DNA of 64,000 bases. Source: Squalus acanthias. Its lineage: Eukaryota. Shown piece by piece: positions 50,969 to 63,929 of the stretch (position 1 is the first letter of the stretch; each line of letters opens with the position of its first letter). The notes under the pieces are model-generated. The model was not told where the DNA came from. It was given only the letters and a program-made list of their open reading frames with translations, and did not search any database. The stretch covers positions 50,780,001-50,844,000 of the forward strand of contig CM059432.1 in the NCBI GenBank assembly GCA_030390025.1, given 5' to 3'. The position numbers and the translations under genes are program-made.

Positions 50969-51969
50969 ACAATGTAATTTAATATTAAGGCCACATAAGA
51001 AAACCCATAAAGACTGGTATAGCTGGGGTGGGGGTACTGGGGACCCCCAATCACCTGGTTAGAAGTCATGGATAGCCCCATGCCTCCTTTGAAAGGCACC
51101 AAAATTACAGCATGAGTCCACTGGAGTGACTACTGGGGTCTCTCTGCTCCACAATTCCTGATGGTTTCTGTCACCAATGGGAGCTTGATAACTGTGCACC
51201 TGTATAAACAGGTGCAGAGCAATACTCCGAGTTTCAGAGCCACTGGAAGTGACTTATGACTCTTCAAAGCTATATCTCCCTAGGAATTATACTATTCTTC
51301 TTGCATTTATTTCTGATCTCTGTTTTGGATTTCAGTTTAATTCACTGTTTTATTTTTATTTTTCCTTTTTCCTCTTTTCCCACCAACTAGTCAGAGGTGT
51401 TATGTTGTAATGTGCAATAGCTCTTTGCAGGTAGGATTGGGAATTCTTTTGCAGTTCCTCTTGCTCTGTGTAAGATAGATGGCAAGGAGGAATTCTAGAG
51501 GGTTCATCAGAGGAATGTCTGCCTGTTCCTGAGGCATTTGGCACAAATCCGTCATTATCCAGGTTTGCCCTCAGATCCCACCAGAGTTCGTTGGGCACGT
51601 CACAGGAGACTTAACAAGGGAGGCTGTTCTCCAGGTGGGGACCACTCATTGTGGCATCTGGTTGTATGAGCAGAAAAATTGTTTTGAGAGGTTGGAAGCT
51701 AAATAAGCACATGCACGGAGATAGACATGTGCACATCCTGCATGCCAACCTGGGTAACATTAAGTACTTGTGCATCATGCAGCTTAGGTTGATCTATAAT
51801 AATTTGAGGTGTTATAGTCTTGAGGTAGTGTACACAGCATTGGGAATGCTTACCATCTGCTGTCAGGAATGGGGCACTGTTATCCTCTGGGGAGAGTGCC
51901 CCAGAGTACTAAATTGGACAACCCTCCTCTCACCCATCTCATGTAGCTGCTTGTCCATTTAGCCATCCC

Positions 51970-52690
51970 TACTATTACTTTCGTATGTTGGGAAAAGCTT
52001 ATAATGGAATGTCTACTTTGGCTATCCATTCGATGGCCTCCTGAGTTGCCGAGTGGAGAAGTGAGGTGCCTTCCGCAACAGATCTTAGTGGGCAGGTTGA
52101 TGTGAAGATGTGAAGTGTTCCATGGTCTGGGACTCATGGCCACAGTTGCACTTCGGATCATCCCTCATCTTCCACATGTGGAGCAGGTGGCTGCATCATC
52201 CATGCCTTGTGTGGATTCAGTTGAGCGGTGACAACTGTCTTCGAGGGAGGTCGAATCCAGGGTCCTCTGCTGTTGGGTCAGTGATAAGATGTTGGTTCTT
52301 TATGTTGCATGCGTCCCAAGATTCTGTCCATCCGGATAGTGGGTTGATATCAGCTGCATAAATATTGGCTGCTGTTTTCCAGAATGGCCAGTGTGATTTT
52401 AAGCGCTTTCATGGTGGGTTTTTCAAGTCTTCATGAATGGGAAGGTCGATGTTGCTCATGATTTTTCCCATCTCACAGAGCACAGTGGCATCACGGCGAA
52501 TGGCAGGCGGGGCAATGTGGGACAGCACCGGGAGCCACTCTGTTGGAGTGGACTTAAGCGTCCCTGACACCGTCCTCATGGCGGTGTTTAGCTGCATGTC
52601 CACGATCATTGTGTGGCGACTGCAGGACCATGAGGCAGAGCAGTATGCTGCAGCAGAGTAGATTAGGGTCACTGTTGCTCAAACAGGGTT
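51970..52690 (-). mobile_element. Vingi/Ingi-clade LINE 3' fragment
   Basis: YSAAAYC..W..S.H...VD.QLN.AMR.VSGTLKSTPTEWLPVLSHIAPP.IRR, then GFDLPRR...CNCGHESQTMEH. Tail CATACGAAAG. Confidence 0.75.
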
Positions 52691-53788
52691 GTACCCATTC
52701 TGTCACTTGCCCATAGAATCAGTTTTGTGTGTCCACACTGGGCTTACTTTCACCTCATTTATGCCTGACACTCCCTCCCCTACCCCCAGCTTTAGCCAAG
52801 GCTGTCAAATATCTGAAATTCATTTTGAAACTTAATAAAAGCTGATATAATTTTTTGTTAACATTTCAAGTGTGCACCTTTAATTGTGCACATGCCTTTA
52901 ATTTGGACTTGGTGACCAGAATTTCTACTCCCTGCAAAAATGAAAAGCTACAATGACAGCTATGAATAATTATTCAAATGAGCTGGAGCGGGTATTTCAG
53001 GGTAGTCAGTGCACTGCTCCACTGGTGCGGTTTGCACCTGCAATGTGGCATTAAAACCTCAATTGTGCTGGTGGCAGAATTTCAGCACCATTTATGTCCA
53101 TCTATTATTCAAATGGAGGAAAACATTCTGATGTTAAATTGGCTGGTTAAAATGAAAATGGATTACAATTTTCAATAAATAAACCCCTAAATGATCAGTT
53201 ATTTAGTTGACACAGTTGATGTACTTTAAAGCCCCCCAATTTCAAAAGGAGCAGACTTGAGCATATATGGCATGCAACTAGTTTTAGCATCCATCACCAG
53301 ATCTGATTGGACCACATGAATCTCTGGTAAGCCTCACTCTCCTCTGCCAAAACCACCCACCTTTCTTCCATGGTAAATGGTTCCCTCTCCTCTAACTACT
53401 GCCCCCTCTCCTCTAACTACTGCCCCATCTCCAACCTCCCTTTCCTCTCCAAAGTCGTTGAACATGTTGTCACCTCCCAAATCCGTGCCCCTCTCTCCTG
53501 CAACTCCCTGTTCTAAACTCACTAGTTAGGATTCTGCCCCATCCACAGCATTGCAGTGGCCTTAACCAAAGTCATGAATGACATTCTATGCGACTGTGAC
53601 CATGGTGCATTATCCCTCCTTGTTCTCGTCCACTTCTCTGCAGCCTTTGACATAGTCGACCACACATTCCTCCTCCAACACATTTCCTCCATTACCATGG
53701 CTTGGTTCCACTCTTTTCGATCTGATTATAGTCAGAGCATATCTAGCTATGGCTTCTATTCCACTCCCAGAGTCCCTCAAGCATCTAT

Positions 53789-56535
53789 TCCCTTTCGGAA
53801 TAAATACACCACGGGGAAAATGGTCCATCTGTGGCTAACAAGAGAAATTAAAGATAGTATTAGATTAAAGGAAGAGGCCTATAATGTTGCCAAAAAGAGT
53901 AGTAAGCCTGAGGATTGGGAGGATTTTAGAATTCAGCAAAGAGGACCAAGAAATTGATAAAGAAACGGAAAATAGAATATGAGAGTAAACGAGCGAGAGA
54001 CATAAAAACAGACTGTAAAAGCTTCTATAGGTATGTAAAAAGGAAAAGATTAGCGAAAGTAAATGTGGGTCCCTTACAGGCTGAGACAGGAGAAATTATA
54101 ATGGAGAATAAGGAAATGGCAGGGAAATTAAACAAATACTTTGGGCTGGATTTTGATACTGGGGCGGGTTGGGGTCGTGTCATCCACTTTTCGTGTTATC
54201 CACCCAACTGCAATTGGATGTGGGAGATTGATGCAATTTTCACCTAATTGGGCAATTGAGTTCCAGCATGTGGGAACCTATGAACCAATTAGTGTTTTCA
54301 GTCTGAAAGTCGCCTCTGATGATGTCATCAGTGCTGCTGCATTGAAGGTCTTCAGAGACTGCCTGGCCTTTGCTGTGAGAGGACCTGGATGCAAAATGAG
54401 CAGCAGCAGCCCTAAGTCTGCTCCCAGATATTTTTACACCACCACTCCCAGATATGTCTCCTCCCCATCCATCCATATATGCATCCATCCCCATAGCTAG
54501 CCAGCCAGCCAGTCAGCCAAATGTGCTCCTGCCAGGTTTCACATTCGTGGTTCAGAACAGGCGTGCTTCACGTAGAAAAAGGGTTAAAATCACAAAGGCC
54601 TTTCAAATTGGCATTATAGAGGCAATTTAGTGCTTGTTAAGGGCCTTAACAGCCTATCCCGCCTCTTAGAGGCGGGACGGAGTCGGGACCAGCAGACATG
54701 ATTTAATGAAAATTGCGTGGAGGTGGGATGGAGGCAGGCTTGTGCCCGCCCGCCAATTTTCACAATTTTAACCCCCCACACGCCTCCAAACCCACCTCCA
54801 CGGGTCAATGAAAATCCAGCCCTTTGTGTCTGTCTTCACGGAAGAAGATGCAAAAAACATTCTGGAAATAGTGGAGAACCAAGGGTCTAGTGAGAATGAG
54901 GAACTGAAAGAAATTAGTATTAGTAAGGAAATAGTACTGGAGAAATTAATGGGACTGAAAGCTGATAAGTCCCCATGACCTGATGGCCTACATCCTAGGG
55001 TTTTAAAAGAGGTGGCTATAGAGATAATGGATGCATTGGTTGTCATCTTCCAACATTCCATAGACTCTGGAGCGGTTCCCGTGGATTGGAAGGTAGCAAA
55101 CGTAACCCCGCTGTTTAAGAAAGAAGGGAGAGAGAAAACGGGGAACTATAGACCAGTTAGCCTGACATCAGTAGTAAGGAAAATGCTAGGATCTATTATT
55201 AAGGATGTGGTAACAGGGCACTTAGAAAATAATAATAGGATTGGGCAGAGTCAACACAGATTTATGAAAGGGAAATCATGTTTGACAAATCTGTTTTCTG
55301 AGGTTGTAACTAGCAGGATAGATAGGGGGAACCAGTGGATGTAGCGTATTTGGATTTTCAGAAGGCATTTGATAAGGTGCCACACAAGAGGTTATTAAGC
55401 AAAATTAGGGCTCATGGGATTGGGGGTAATATACTAGCATGGATTGAGGATTGGTTAATGGACAGAAAACAGAGAGTAGGAATAAACGGGTCATTTTCAG
55501 GTTGGCAGGCTGTAACTAGTGGGGTACCACAAGGATCAGTGCTTGGGCCTCAGCTATTCACAATCTATATCAATGATTTGGATGAGGGGACCAAATGTAA
55601 TATATTCAAGTTTGTTGATGATACAAAGCTAGGTGGGAATGTAAGTTGTGAGGAGGATGTAAAGAGGCTGCAAGGGGATATAGACAGGTTAAGCGTGTGG
55701 GCAAGAACATGGCAAATGGAATATAATGTGGAGAAATGTGAAGTTATCCACTTTGGTAGGAAAAATAGAAAAGCAGAGTATTTTTAAATGGTGAGAGATT
55801 GGGAAATGTTGGATTTCAGAGGGACCTGGGTGTCCTTGTATACAAATTGTTGCAGGTTAATATGCAGGTACAGCAAGCAATTAGGAAAGCAAATGGTATG
55901 TTGGCCTTTATTACAAAAGGATTTGAGTATAAGAATAAAGAAATCTTACTGCAATTATATAGGGCCCTGGTGAGACCACACCTGGAGTATTGTGTACAGT
56001 TTTGGTCTGTTTACCTAAGGAAGGATATACTTGCCATAGAGGGAGTGCAACGAAGGTTCACCAGACTGATTCCTGGGATGGGAGGATTGTCCTATGAGGA
56101 GAGATTGAGTAGACTACGCCTATATTCTCTAGAGTTTAGAAGAATGAGAGGTGATCTCATTGAAACATACAAAATTGTTACAGGGCTTGACAGGGTAGAT
56201 GCAGACAGGATGTTTCCCCTGGCTGGGGAGTCTAGAACCAGGGGTCACAGTCTCAGAATAAGGGGCCGGTCATTTAGGGCTGAGATGAGGAGAAATTTCT
56301 TCACTCAGAGGGTGGTGAATCTTTGGAATTCTTTACCCCAGAAGGCTGTGGATGCTCAGTCGTTGAGTATATTCAAGACAGAGATCGATAGATTTTTGGA
56401 TATTAAGGGAATCAAGGGATATGGGGATAGTGGAGTTGAGGTAGAAGATTAGGCATGATCTTATTGAATGGCGGAGCATGCTTGAAGGGCCGAATGGCCT
56501 ACTCCTGCTCCTATTTCTTATGTTCTTATGTTCTT
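53789..56535 (+). mobile_element. CR1 LINE (copy C), 5'-truncated, frameshifted ORF2
   Basis: ORF pieces 53954-56452 are homologous to copy A. Tail (TTCTTATG)n. Flanking ATCTAT duplication at 53783-53788 and 56536-56541. Confidence 0.94.
54143..54822. mobile_element. Non-autonomous Harbinger-like MITE, 680 bp
   Basis: Perfect 12-bp TIR GGGCTGGATTTT. TSD TTT at 54140-54142 and 54823-54825. CR1 rejoins across it. Confidence 0.93.
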
Positions 56536-56658
56536 ATCTATCTTTGGCTCCTCCTCTTCTTCATCTACATGCTGTTCCTTGGTGACATCATCCACTGACA
56601 TCAGTCAGCCTCCAAATGTACATTCCTGACACCCAGCTCTACTTCTCCACCATCTCTG

Positions 56659-57560
56659 ATTATACCTATCAGGAAAGATTGAACAGGCCGGGGCTATTTT
56701 CTCTAGAAAAGAGAAGACTGAGGGGTGACCTGATAGACATCTTTAAGATTACATAGGATTACATAGGATTTACAGTACAGAAACAGGCCATTTGGCCCAA
56801 CCAGTCTATGCCCACTGCTGTTTATGCTCCACCCATCTTTCCTCATCTAACCCTATCAGCATAACCCTTTATTCCCTTCTCCCTCATATGCTTATCTAAT
56901 CGCCCCTTAAATGCATCTATACAATTCACTTCAACCACGCCCTGTGGTACCGAGTTCCACATTCTCTCTGGGTAAAGAAGTTTCTTCTGAATTCCCGATT
57001 TGATTTTTTGGTGACTATCTTATATTGATGGCCTCTAGTTTTGCTTTTCCCCACAAGTGGAAACACTTTCTCTGTATCTACTCTATCAAAACCTTTCTTG
57101 ATTTTAAAGACCTCTATTAGGTCACCCTTCAGCCTCCTCTTTTCAAGAGAAAAGAGACCCAGCCTGTTCATCCTTTCCTGATAGGTGTACCCTCGCATTT
57201 CTGTTATGAAAGGGTTTGATAGGGTAGATGCAGAGAAGATGTTTCCTTTTGCGGACGAGACCAGAACTAGGGATAATAAATATAAGATAATCACTAATAA
57301 ATCCAATAGGCAATTCAGGAGAAACCTCTTTACCCAGAGAGAGGTTAGAATATGGAACTCGCCACCACAAGGTGTAGTTGAGGCGACTAGCATAGACGCA
57401 TTTAAGGGGAAGCTAGATAAACACACGAGGGAGAAAGGAATAGAAGGACATGTTGATGGGGTTAGATAAAGTAGGATGGGAGGAGGCTTGTGTGGAGCAT
57501 AAACACCGGCATGGACCTGTTGGGCTGAATGGCCTGTTTCTGAGCTATATATACTATGTA
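56659..57560. mobile_element. CR1 3' fragment (+) containing an inverted copy of the same subfamily (56751-57203, -)
   Basis: YTYQER.NRLGLFSLEKRRL.GDLI-type coding is present on both strands. The outer copy rejoins as ...TTTAAGATTATGAAAGG. Confidence 0.85.
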
Positions 57561-58714
57561 ACTCTCTCAACTCCTCCACTCTTTCTATGCTGTCAGACTG
57601 CTTGTCCAACATCCAGTCTCGGATGAGCCACAGCTCCAGCTAAACATTGGTAAGACTCATGCCATTGTCTATGGCAGCTGTAACAAACTTTGTATCCTCA
57701 CCACTGGTTCCATCCGCCCCCCTGGCCACTGTCTCAAGCTGAACCAGACTGCAACCTCAGCATCCTGTTCGACCTTGAGCTTAGCTTCCAAGTTCATATC
57801 CTTATCACAAAACCTACTGCCACCTCCATAATATCACCTGTCTCCACACCTGCCTCAGCCCATCTACTGCTGAAACCCTCAACCATGCCTTGGTCACCTC
57901 CAGACTTGACTATTCCATGCTCTCCCGGCTGGCCTCCCATCTTCCACCATCCGTAAACTCAACCAAAACTCTGCTGGCCTGTATACTATCCCACACCAAG
58001 TGCTTCTTACTAATCACCCCATCCTCACTCACATACATTGGCTCCTGATCCTCCAGTGGTTCATTTACAATTCTCATCCTTGTGTTTGACCCTTTCACCA
58101 CTGTAAAATCTTAACGTGAACTCAGATGCTCCTGTGACTCTGGCCTCTCGTGCATTTCCTCCTGCCTTTGTCAAATTATTGCTGGCCGTTCCTTCAGCTG
58201 CCTAGGCCCTACTTTCTGGAATTTCTTTCCAGACATCTCTGTCTCTCCACCTCATCTTCTCTTTTAAGACCCTCCTTCAAACCCATCTCTTTGACCAAGC
58301 TTTAGGTTATCCCTCCTAATATCTCCTTTGGCTCTGCGCCCATTTTTTGATTAAACCTCTGTGAAGAGCATTGGGACATTTTCTATGTTAAAAGTGCTAC
58401 ATAAATGAAGCTCAATTCCATCTCTTGTGTTATTATCTGACACTGGCTTCCTCCTTCAAGCATATACTTGCCACATGCAGGACCCCAATTAGTTGGATTG
58501 TGGCTCTGTTTTAGTTATCAAAACCCCTGTGATCTAACCACTCCCACCACAAACAATTGAGAATTGTGTAAATAGAGTGCCTGATTTTAAACCTGTGGAG
58601 GTTAAACACTAACACAAAGTGGTTGGGCCAAATGGCCTGTTTCTGTGCTGTAACCTCTATGCATTTCTATATATTGGAGGATGGAACTCTGCTCTTGGTG
58701 GGAATTGTTGATCT

Positions 58715-59995
58715 CACAGGAACATTAGAAACAGTAGTAGGCTATTCAGCCCCTCGGACCTGTTCTGACATTCATTTAGATCATGGCTGATCTGCATCTG
58801 AGCTCAATTTTCCTGGCCTTGCTTTATATCTCCTAACACCCTTACCTAACAAAAATCTATCTAACTCAGTCTTAAAAGCTCCAATTGTCATCCACAATTT
58901 TGGGGGAGAGAATTCCAAATTTCTACTATCCTTTGTGTGAAAAAGTGCTTCCTGATTTAGCTCCTAAATGGCTTGTTTCTAATTTTAAGTTTATGGGCTG
59001 GATTTTGTGAATGGAGGCGAGTTGGAGGCAGGACTGCTGCTTGTCGTGTCAGTGTCCCGTCTCCATCCTCGCCTGACCATTCAGAGGGATTTTCCCCTGA
59101 ATGAGCTTGTTAAGCCCGCCCTGCGGGCTCAGCAAGCTAATTAGGGAAGAAGTCACTGACAGATCACGTCAACGTCAGACGTGCTATCTGTCCAAGACTT
59201 CTTGAAAGAAGAAATGACAGTGTGAAGCTGTCAAACACTGAGAGTCTCTGTAGTTTGATGAGTCTTTATGGTGAGGACTCAACAAACATTGAAAATAAGT
59301 AAATTTCAGATGTCTGATGGATCGGAGGGTCCATCAGCCATTACCTGAAATTGACAAGGTGGATGTCCACTCTCCCGGTCCAGCGCGGCTAAAGGCTATA
59401 GAAGGAAAAAAAGGTAAGTGAACATTTTTTTAAAGTAATCACTCACCTTGCATACTTACCACTCCACACTTGCACCCATCACTCACCTCTACACCTTACT
59501 TCCAGGTGCCTCCGACCACCGCAGACCTCCTTCATGTCTCCTCCAACCCGGCGGGGTTCTCCGAGGTCGGGAAGCCTTCACCTGTGAAGGTAAAATGGCA
59601 CTAATCCTTTTTTCTGCCTGTGAACCACCTGTTAACAGGCTGTTAAAAGGATTAAAAGCCTTTCCTGCCTCCAGGAGACGGGACCCGAAGCTGCACATCT
59701 TCCCGCCTCCTGGCAAATGGGCACGGAGGTGAGATGGGGGCGGCTTTGCCATCCGCCCCCACTTTCTCCAATTTTACGGGCTGTCCCGCCTCCTCGGGGC
59801 TTGGAAAATCTAGCCCTATGTCTTCTTATTCTTGATTCCCACACCAGTAGAAATAGTTTCTCCATATCTATCCTATCAAATCCTTTTAAGATTTTAAACA
59901 CCTCGATCAGATCTCCCCTCAATCTCCTATACTCAAGGGAATACAAGCCAAGTGTATGCAACCTATCCTCATAATTTAACCCTCTAAGTCTCGGT
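58715..59995 (-). mobile_element. CR1 3' fragment interrupted by MITE 58995-59816
   Basis: LGLYSLEYRRLRGDLIEVFKILKGFDR (ORF 59632-59961). CR1 tail at ~58715-58800. Confidence 0.85.
58995..59816. mobile_element. Non-autonomous Harbinger-like MITE, 822 bp
   Basis: TIRs GGGCTGGATTTT and AAAATCTAGCCC (11/12). TSD TAT at 58992-58994 and 59817-59819. Confidence 0.9.
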
Positions 59996-61017
59996 TGGTG
60001 GCCATGCCTTCAGCTACCTAGGCCCTAAGTTCTGGAATTCCCTCCCTAAACCTCTCCACCTCCCTACCTCTCTCTCTTCCTTTAAGACGCTCCTTAAAAC
60101 TTACCTCTTTGACCAAGCTTTTGGTCATCTGTTCTAATGGCCCAGAAATTAAACAGTGAGTGTTCCCGCGGGGGTAAGGCTTCCCCGCGATATCTCACTC
60201 CGCGCCTACCTTTTCCTCCGGGCCCACACGAACTTTAGTTTCAAGGCCAGTCCCACATGCAGCTGTACAGTGTGTGCGTATCCCAGAGGCGCAATTAGTT
60301 CGTGCGAGCTCTGGGATCACGTGATTCAGTTAGAGCCAATGGCAGCACACCATCTTTCATTCATAGTTTTCACAGCAAGAGCTGTCAAAGCTATGAATCC
60401 TACACACCCCCAAAAGAACAGCTAAACCTCAATTAAATTAAAAAAAAGCCATCACATTAATAAAATAAGTATAGTTAAATAAATTAACCACTTTAAACAA
60501 AAAATTAAATTTTTGAAAATTTTTTAAATCTTTTTAAAAGTTATAAAAATAAACTTACCTTTCTTTAAAGTCTCTAAAAAAGATAAACCTGTCGAAAAAA
60601 ATTTAAAATAATACTTAATTAACTACTTACCTTGTTAAAAGAGGGTCTTACGCCTCCTTTCTTCATGTGTAAAATCTTCCATGCTTACCTGCGCGTTCAA
60701 AGCTGCAAAAATAACTAAGTGCACTGCGTGCGTGCAGCCTGTAGCGCGCACGCGGTTCACTTAGGAACCGCCCCCTTTTGAATTCACGAAGTGCCGGTTT
60801 CCCGCGCATGCGCAGTGCATGCAGGAAACCGGCAATTGGAGACCTAAAATGCGAGAGTACACAGTGCATACTCTCGCGTATTAGGTCTAATTTTCAGGCC
60901 AATATCTCCTTCTGTGGCTCGGTGTCAAATTTTGTTTGATAACGCTCCTGTGAAGTGCCTCGGGTGTTTTACTACGTTAACGGCGTTATATAAACGCAAG
61001 TTGTTACAGTTGTTGTA
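59996..61017 (+). mobile_element. L2 3' end fragment interrupted by MITE 60139-60900
   Basis: Reverse-complement homologue of ~48880-49120; ends in a GTTGTT-type tail. Confidence 0.85.
60139..60900. mobile_element. Non-autonomous Harbinger-like MITE, 762 bp, same family and orientation as 48137-48869
   Basis: Imperfect TIRs GGCCCAGAAATTA and TAATTTTCAGGCC. TSD AAT at 60136-60138 and 60901-60903. Colinear internal similarity to the 48137 copy. Confidence 0.93.
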
Positions 61018-61914
61018 TCATTCTAGTGAATTTCCTGAGGTGCTGTTGTTTTAAATTCAGCCCAACTCCAGTTCTTGTGTTATTGTCTGACACTGGCTTC
61101 CTACCTCAACATGCAGGATCCCAATTAGTTGGATTTTAGCTCTCTTTTAAAATCCCACAACCCCTGTGACCTAACCACACCAGTACGAACAATAGAGAAT
61201 TCAGAAAAAAAACAATAGGGTGTAATTAGAGTGCCGGGCCTCACATTGATGAGTCTCTGCAAGCCTGTCGCTCGCCCTGCCGATCCCACGCTTGACCCTC
61301 ACCCTCAGTCATAATCGGGGCTTTAATTTGAGCCCTAAATCCCAGAATCAGATTAGTATTTCATCTCTGAACTCTCTCTAATGCCACAATGTACTATTGA
61401 CAGTAGAATGTCCAAAACGGAACTCTATAGTCTAAATACAATCTGATTGATGAGCTACACATGTTAAAATAATTTGTTTCAATTTATAATCCAATGCCCC
61501 TGAAATATTTTCTTCTGTTATACTTCTCTTAGAATACTATTAATCATGTTTACGACTGTCATGTTTTGATGCATTTAAATCTTATATGGGCATGATTTTC
61601 ATATCAAAACTTTCACTTACAAAATTAACATTTCTAAGTTTGTTCCAGGTTTTAAAAAGTAGTGATTTAGTTTTGGTTTAACTTTCTTTATGACCACTTG
61701 GTGTCAGTAAAGAACCATAATAATATGCCACCTATTGGCACTCTCTGTAATCATTGACGACCATTTTCTCTTGTAGTTTTTGTACAGAAACCTTTAAAAA
61801 CATATATTCCATTTGTCCCTGCCATTTAAAATCATTTTTTCACTACTATTTTAGATTTTGCTCTCTGACAAAGGGTTTGGACAGACAACCTGCTGTTAGG
61901 CTTCTGCCTGTCCT

Positions 61915-63110
61915 ACATTGTAACAACAACTTTACACCTTTTAACTTAGTGAAATTTCTGAAGTGGAAAATTGGACACTGAGAAGAAGTCTGGAGGAAGC
62001 TTAAGAGAGGTGACCGAAGGAACAGTTGAATAGGTAGATTTTGAGGAGGCTTATGAAAACTTGGAGAACTGTGAAAGATGAAAAACTTTAGGAAGAGAAT
62101 TCCAGAATGCTAGGTGTGATGACTGAAGACTTTGTCACCAATGGTAAATTAATGGAGGGGGGAAAGGAACGTACAGAAGGTCAGAGTGGAAGGTGCAAGC
62201 TAGAACATAGGGGGTTAGAGGAAGTTGCAGAGGTAGGGTAAGACAAGGTCATGGAGGCATTTATAAGCCAGATTGAAAAGAATTTTGAAATCAATACACC
62301 GGGGGACAGAGACCCAGTAAAGGATAAGGTGATAGGTGAGCAGGATAGGCTGCAGATGGCGGAGTTCTGAATTAGTTAGGGTTTGGGTAGGATGGAGGTG
62401 GTAGCCTGTAAGAAGGCATTAGAGAAGTCAAATCTATATGTGGCAAAAGGTGGAGATAAGGATTTTGGGGAGTGGAGGGGGTGAAGTGCTGATATTATGG
62501 AGGTGAAAGCAGGCTGTTTTGGTGATGGACTAGATATGAGGTTCAAAGCTCAGCTCAGTTAAAAAAGACACGAGATTGCACAATGTTAGGTTTAGATTGA
62601 ACAAGCTGCCATGATGGGAGATGGAGTGGGCGGGGGCTAAAGTGTGAAGTTTCTGCTGGGAGCTGAAAGAGATTTGTTCAGACTTGCAAATGTTCCAGCT
62701 CATCCATGATCTGAGGATGGCAGGGAGGTGAAGCTTCATGTCATTAGCATACAAATGGAAGCAGAACTCACGCTTGCAGCTAATGTTACTGACAGACAGC
62801 ATGTAAATGAAATATAGGAGATTACCAAGATGGAACCTTCGGATATGCTGTTGGTGAGCATGCAGGTATGTGAGGAGTAGCCATTGCAGGCTGTGCTGCC
62901 TATAGTAGAATGAAACCATGACTGGACAATGCTACATAGGTAGACCACAGAGAGGAGCTGGTGAAGGACAATGAAATTATCCACCATGTCAAAAGGTGCA
63001 GACAGATTGAGGAGGACAGGGAGAGATAAAATGTCACAGTTATAGTTGCACTGAATGTCATTGGTGGTAGCTTTGACTAAAGCAGTTTTCATCCTCTGCG
63101 TGGGTTGGAA
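61915..63110 (-). mobile_element. Old degraded L2 LINE
   Basis: KTALVKATTNDI....DILSLPVLLNLSAPFDMVD and FHLYANDMKL. AACAACAAC tail at ~61922. Confidence 0.8.
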
Positions 63111-63199
63111 AGTAGACAGAATGCATAGGAGCTTATAGCATATGTATAAGTGGCACAAAGTGACCTCTCAGCCAACTTTCCTCTCCCCTCCTCTCGACA

Positions 63200-63929
63200 G
63201 CGGGAAAAATTGGGTCGCACCCCCTTTGGGGCGCTAACTTCGCTGGAGCGCTACTTTTAGCGCCCCGAAAATGTTAGCGCCCACGTGCCGGAAATTCAAT
63301 GGTAGCGCCCCAAGCAGGAAGCAGGGCACGACTGGAAGCGCTCCCCCTCCCTCTTGGGTCACTCCCATTGAATATCACGGCGCTACATGCAGCAGCGCCA
63401 TGCGCGTCAGTACTGCAGGCCTCCCTCCCCTCATTAAAGGGGAGGGGCCTAGCCCAGTGCACACCGGGGCCCAGCTGGACCACTGGGGAATGGGGTTGCC
63501 GGTAAAAGAGCCCAGCACTCAAGAGGAGTGCCGGGCTGACCGATCGCAGCTGGCACCCCGCAGGAGGAGGCGAAAGGGGGCAAGTGCTGGCAGGCGGCCC
63601 CAAAAAAAATGGCGGCCCGGCACCTGCCCTTTAATTTGCGCCGCCCTGGCCGCAAACATGGCATCCTGACCCTGTTGGACATAGCATCTGGCAGTAGGTC
63701 AGGCGGAGCGAGCGAAGTTTGCGGCCAGGGGCGCAAGAGAGGCGCTGAGTACAGCGATGACGTCATCGCCGGAGGCGCAGCACCACGGGGTGCTACCAGC
63801 TACTGCCGGTGCTAACCTCTCGCTGAATTTCGCGGGACGCGTTAGCGGCACCGTGGCCAGGCACCAGGTGCTTTGTGCCCTATTAGCGCCCCCCTAACAG
63901 GAGGCGCAAAGCAACCCAATTCTTCCCCC
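63200..63929. mobile_element. Non-autonomous Harbinger element, 730 bp, with termini related to 3005-7184
   Basis: TIRs GCGGGAAAAATTGGGTCGC and GCAACCCAATTCTTCCCCC (16/19). TSD ACA at 63197-63199 and 63930-63932. Shared TTAGCGCC subterminal motifs. Confidence 0.9.

Larger units (their letters stand above)
53330..58410 (+). mobile_element. Old L2 LINE split by nested CR1 insertions (pieces ~53330-53788, 56536-56658, 57561-58410)
   Basis: ALTKVMNDILCDCDHG..SLLVL..FSAAFDIVDH. The degenerate VPQGSILGP motif rejoins across CR1 copy C. L2-type 3' UTR at 58180-58410. Confidence 0.8.

Noticed and set aside
51356..51598. 80-aa minus-strand ORF as a host exon
   Set aside because: There is an in-frame stop just upstream, no convincing splice-site pair and no recognisable homology.
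61236..61335. Possible ~100-bp mini-MITE (GGGCCTCACATT...AATTTGAGCCC)
   Set aside because: The TIR match is weak and there is no matching TSD.
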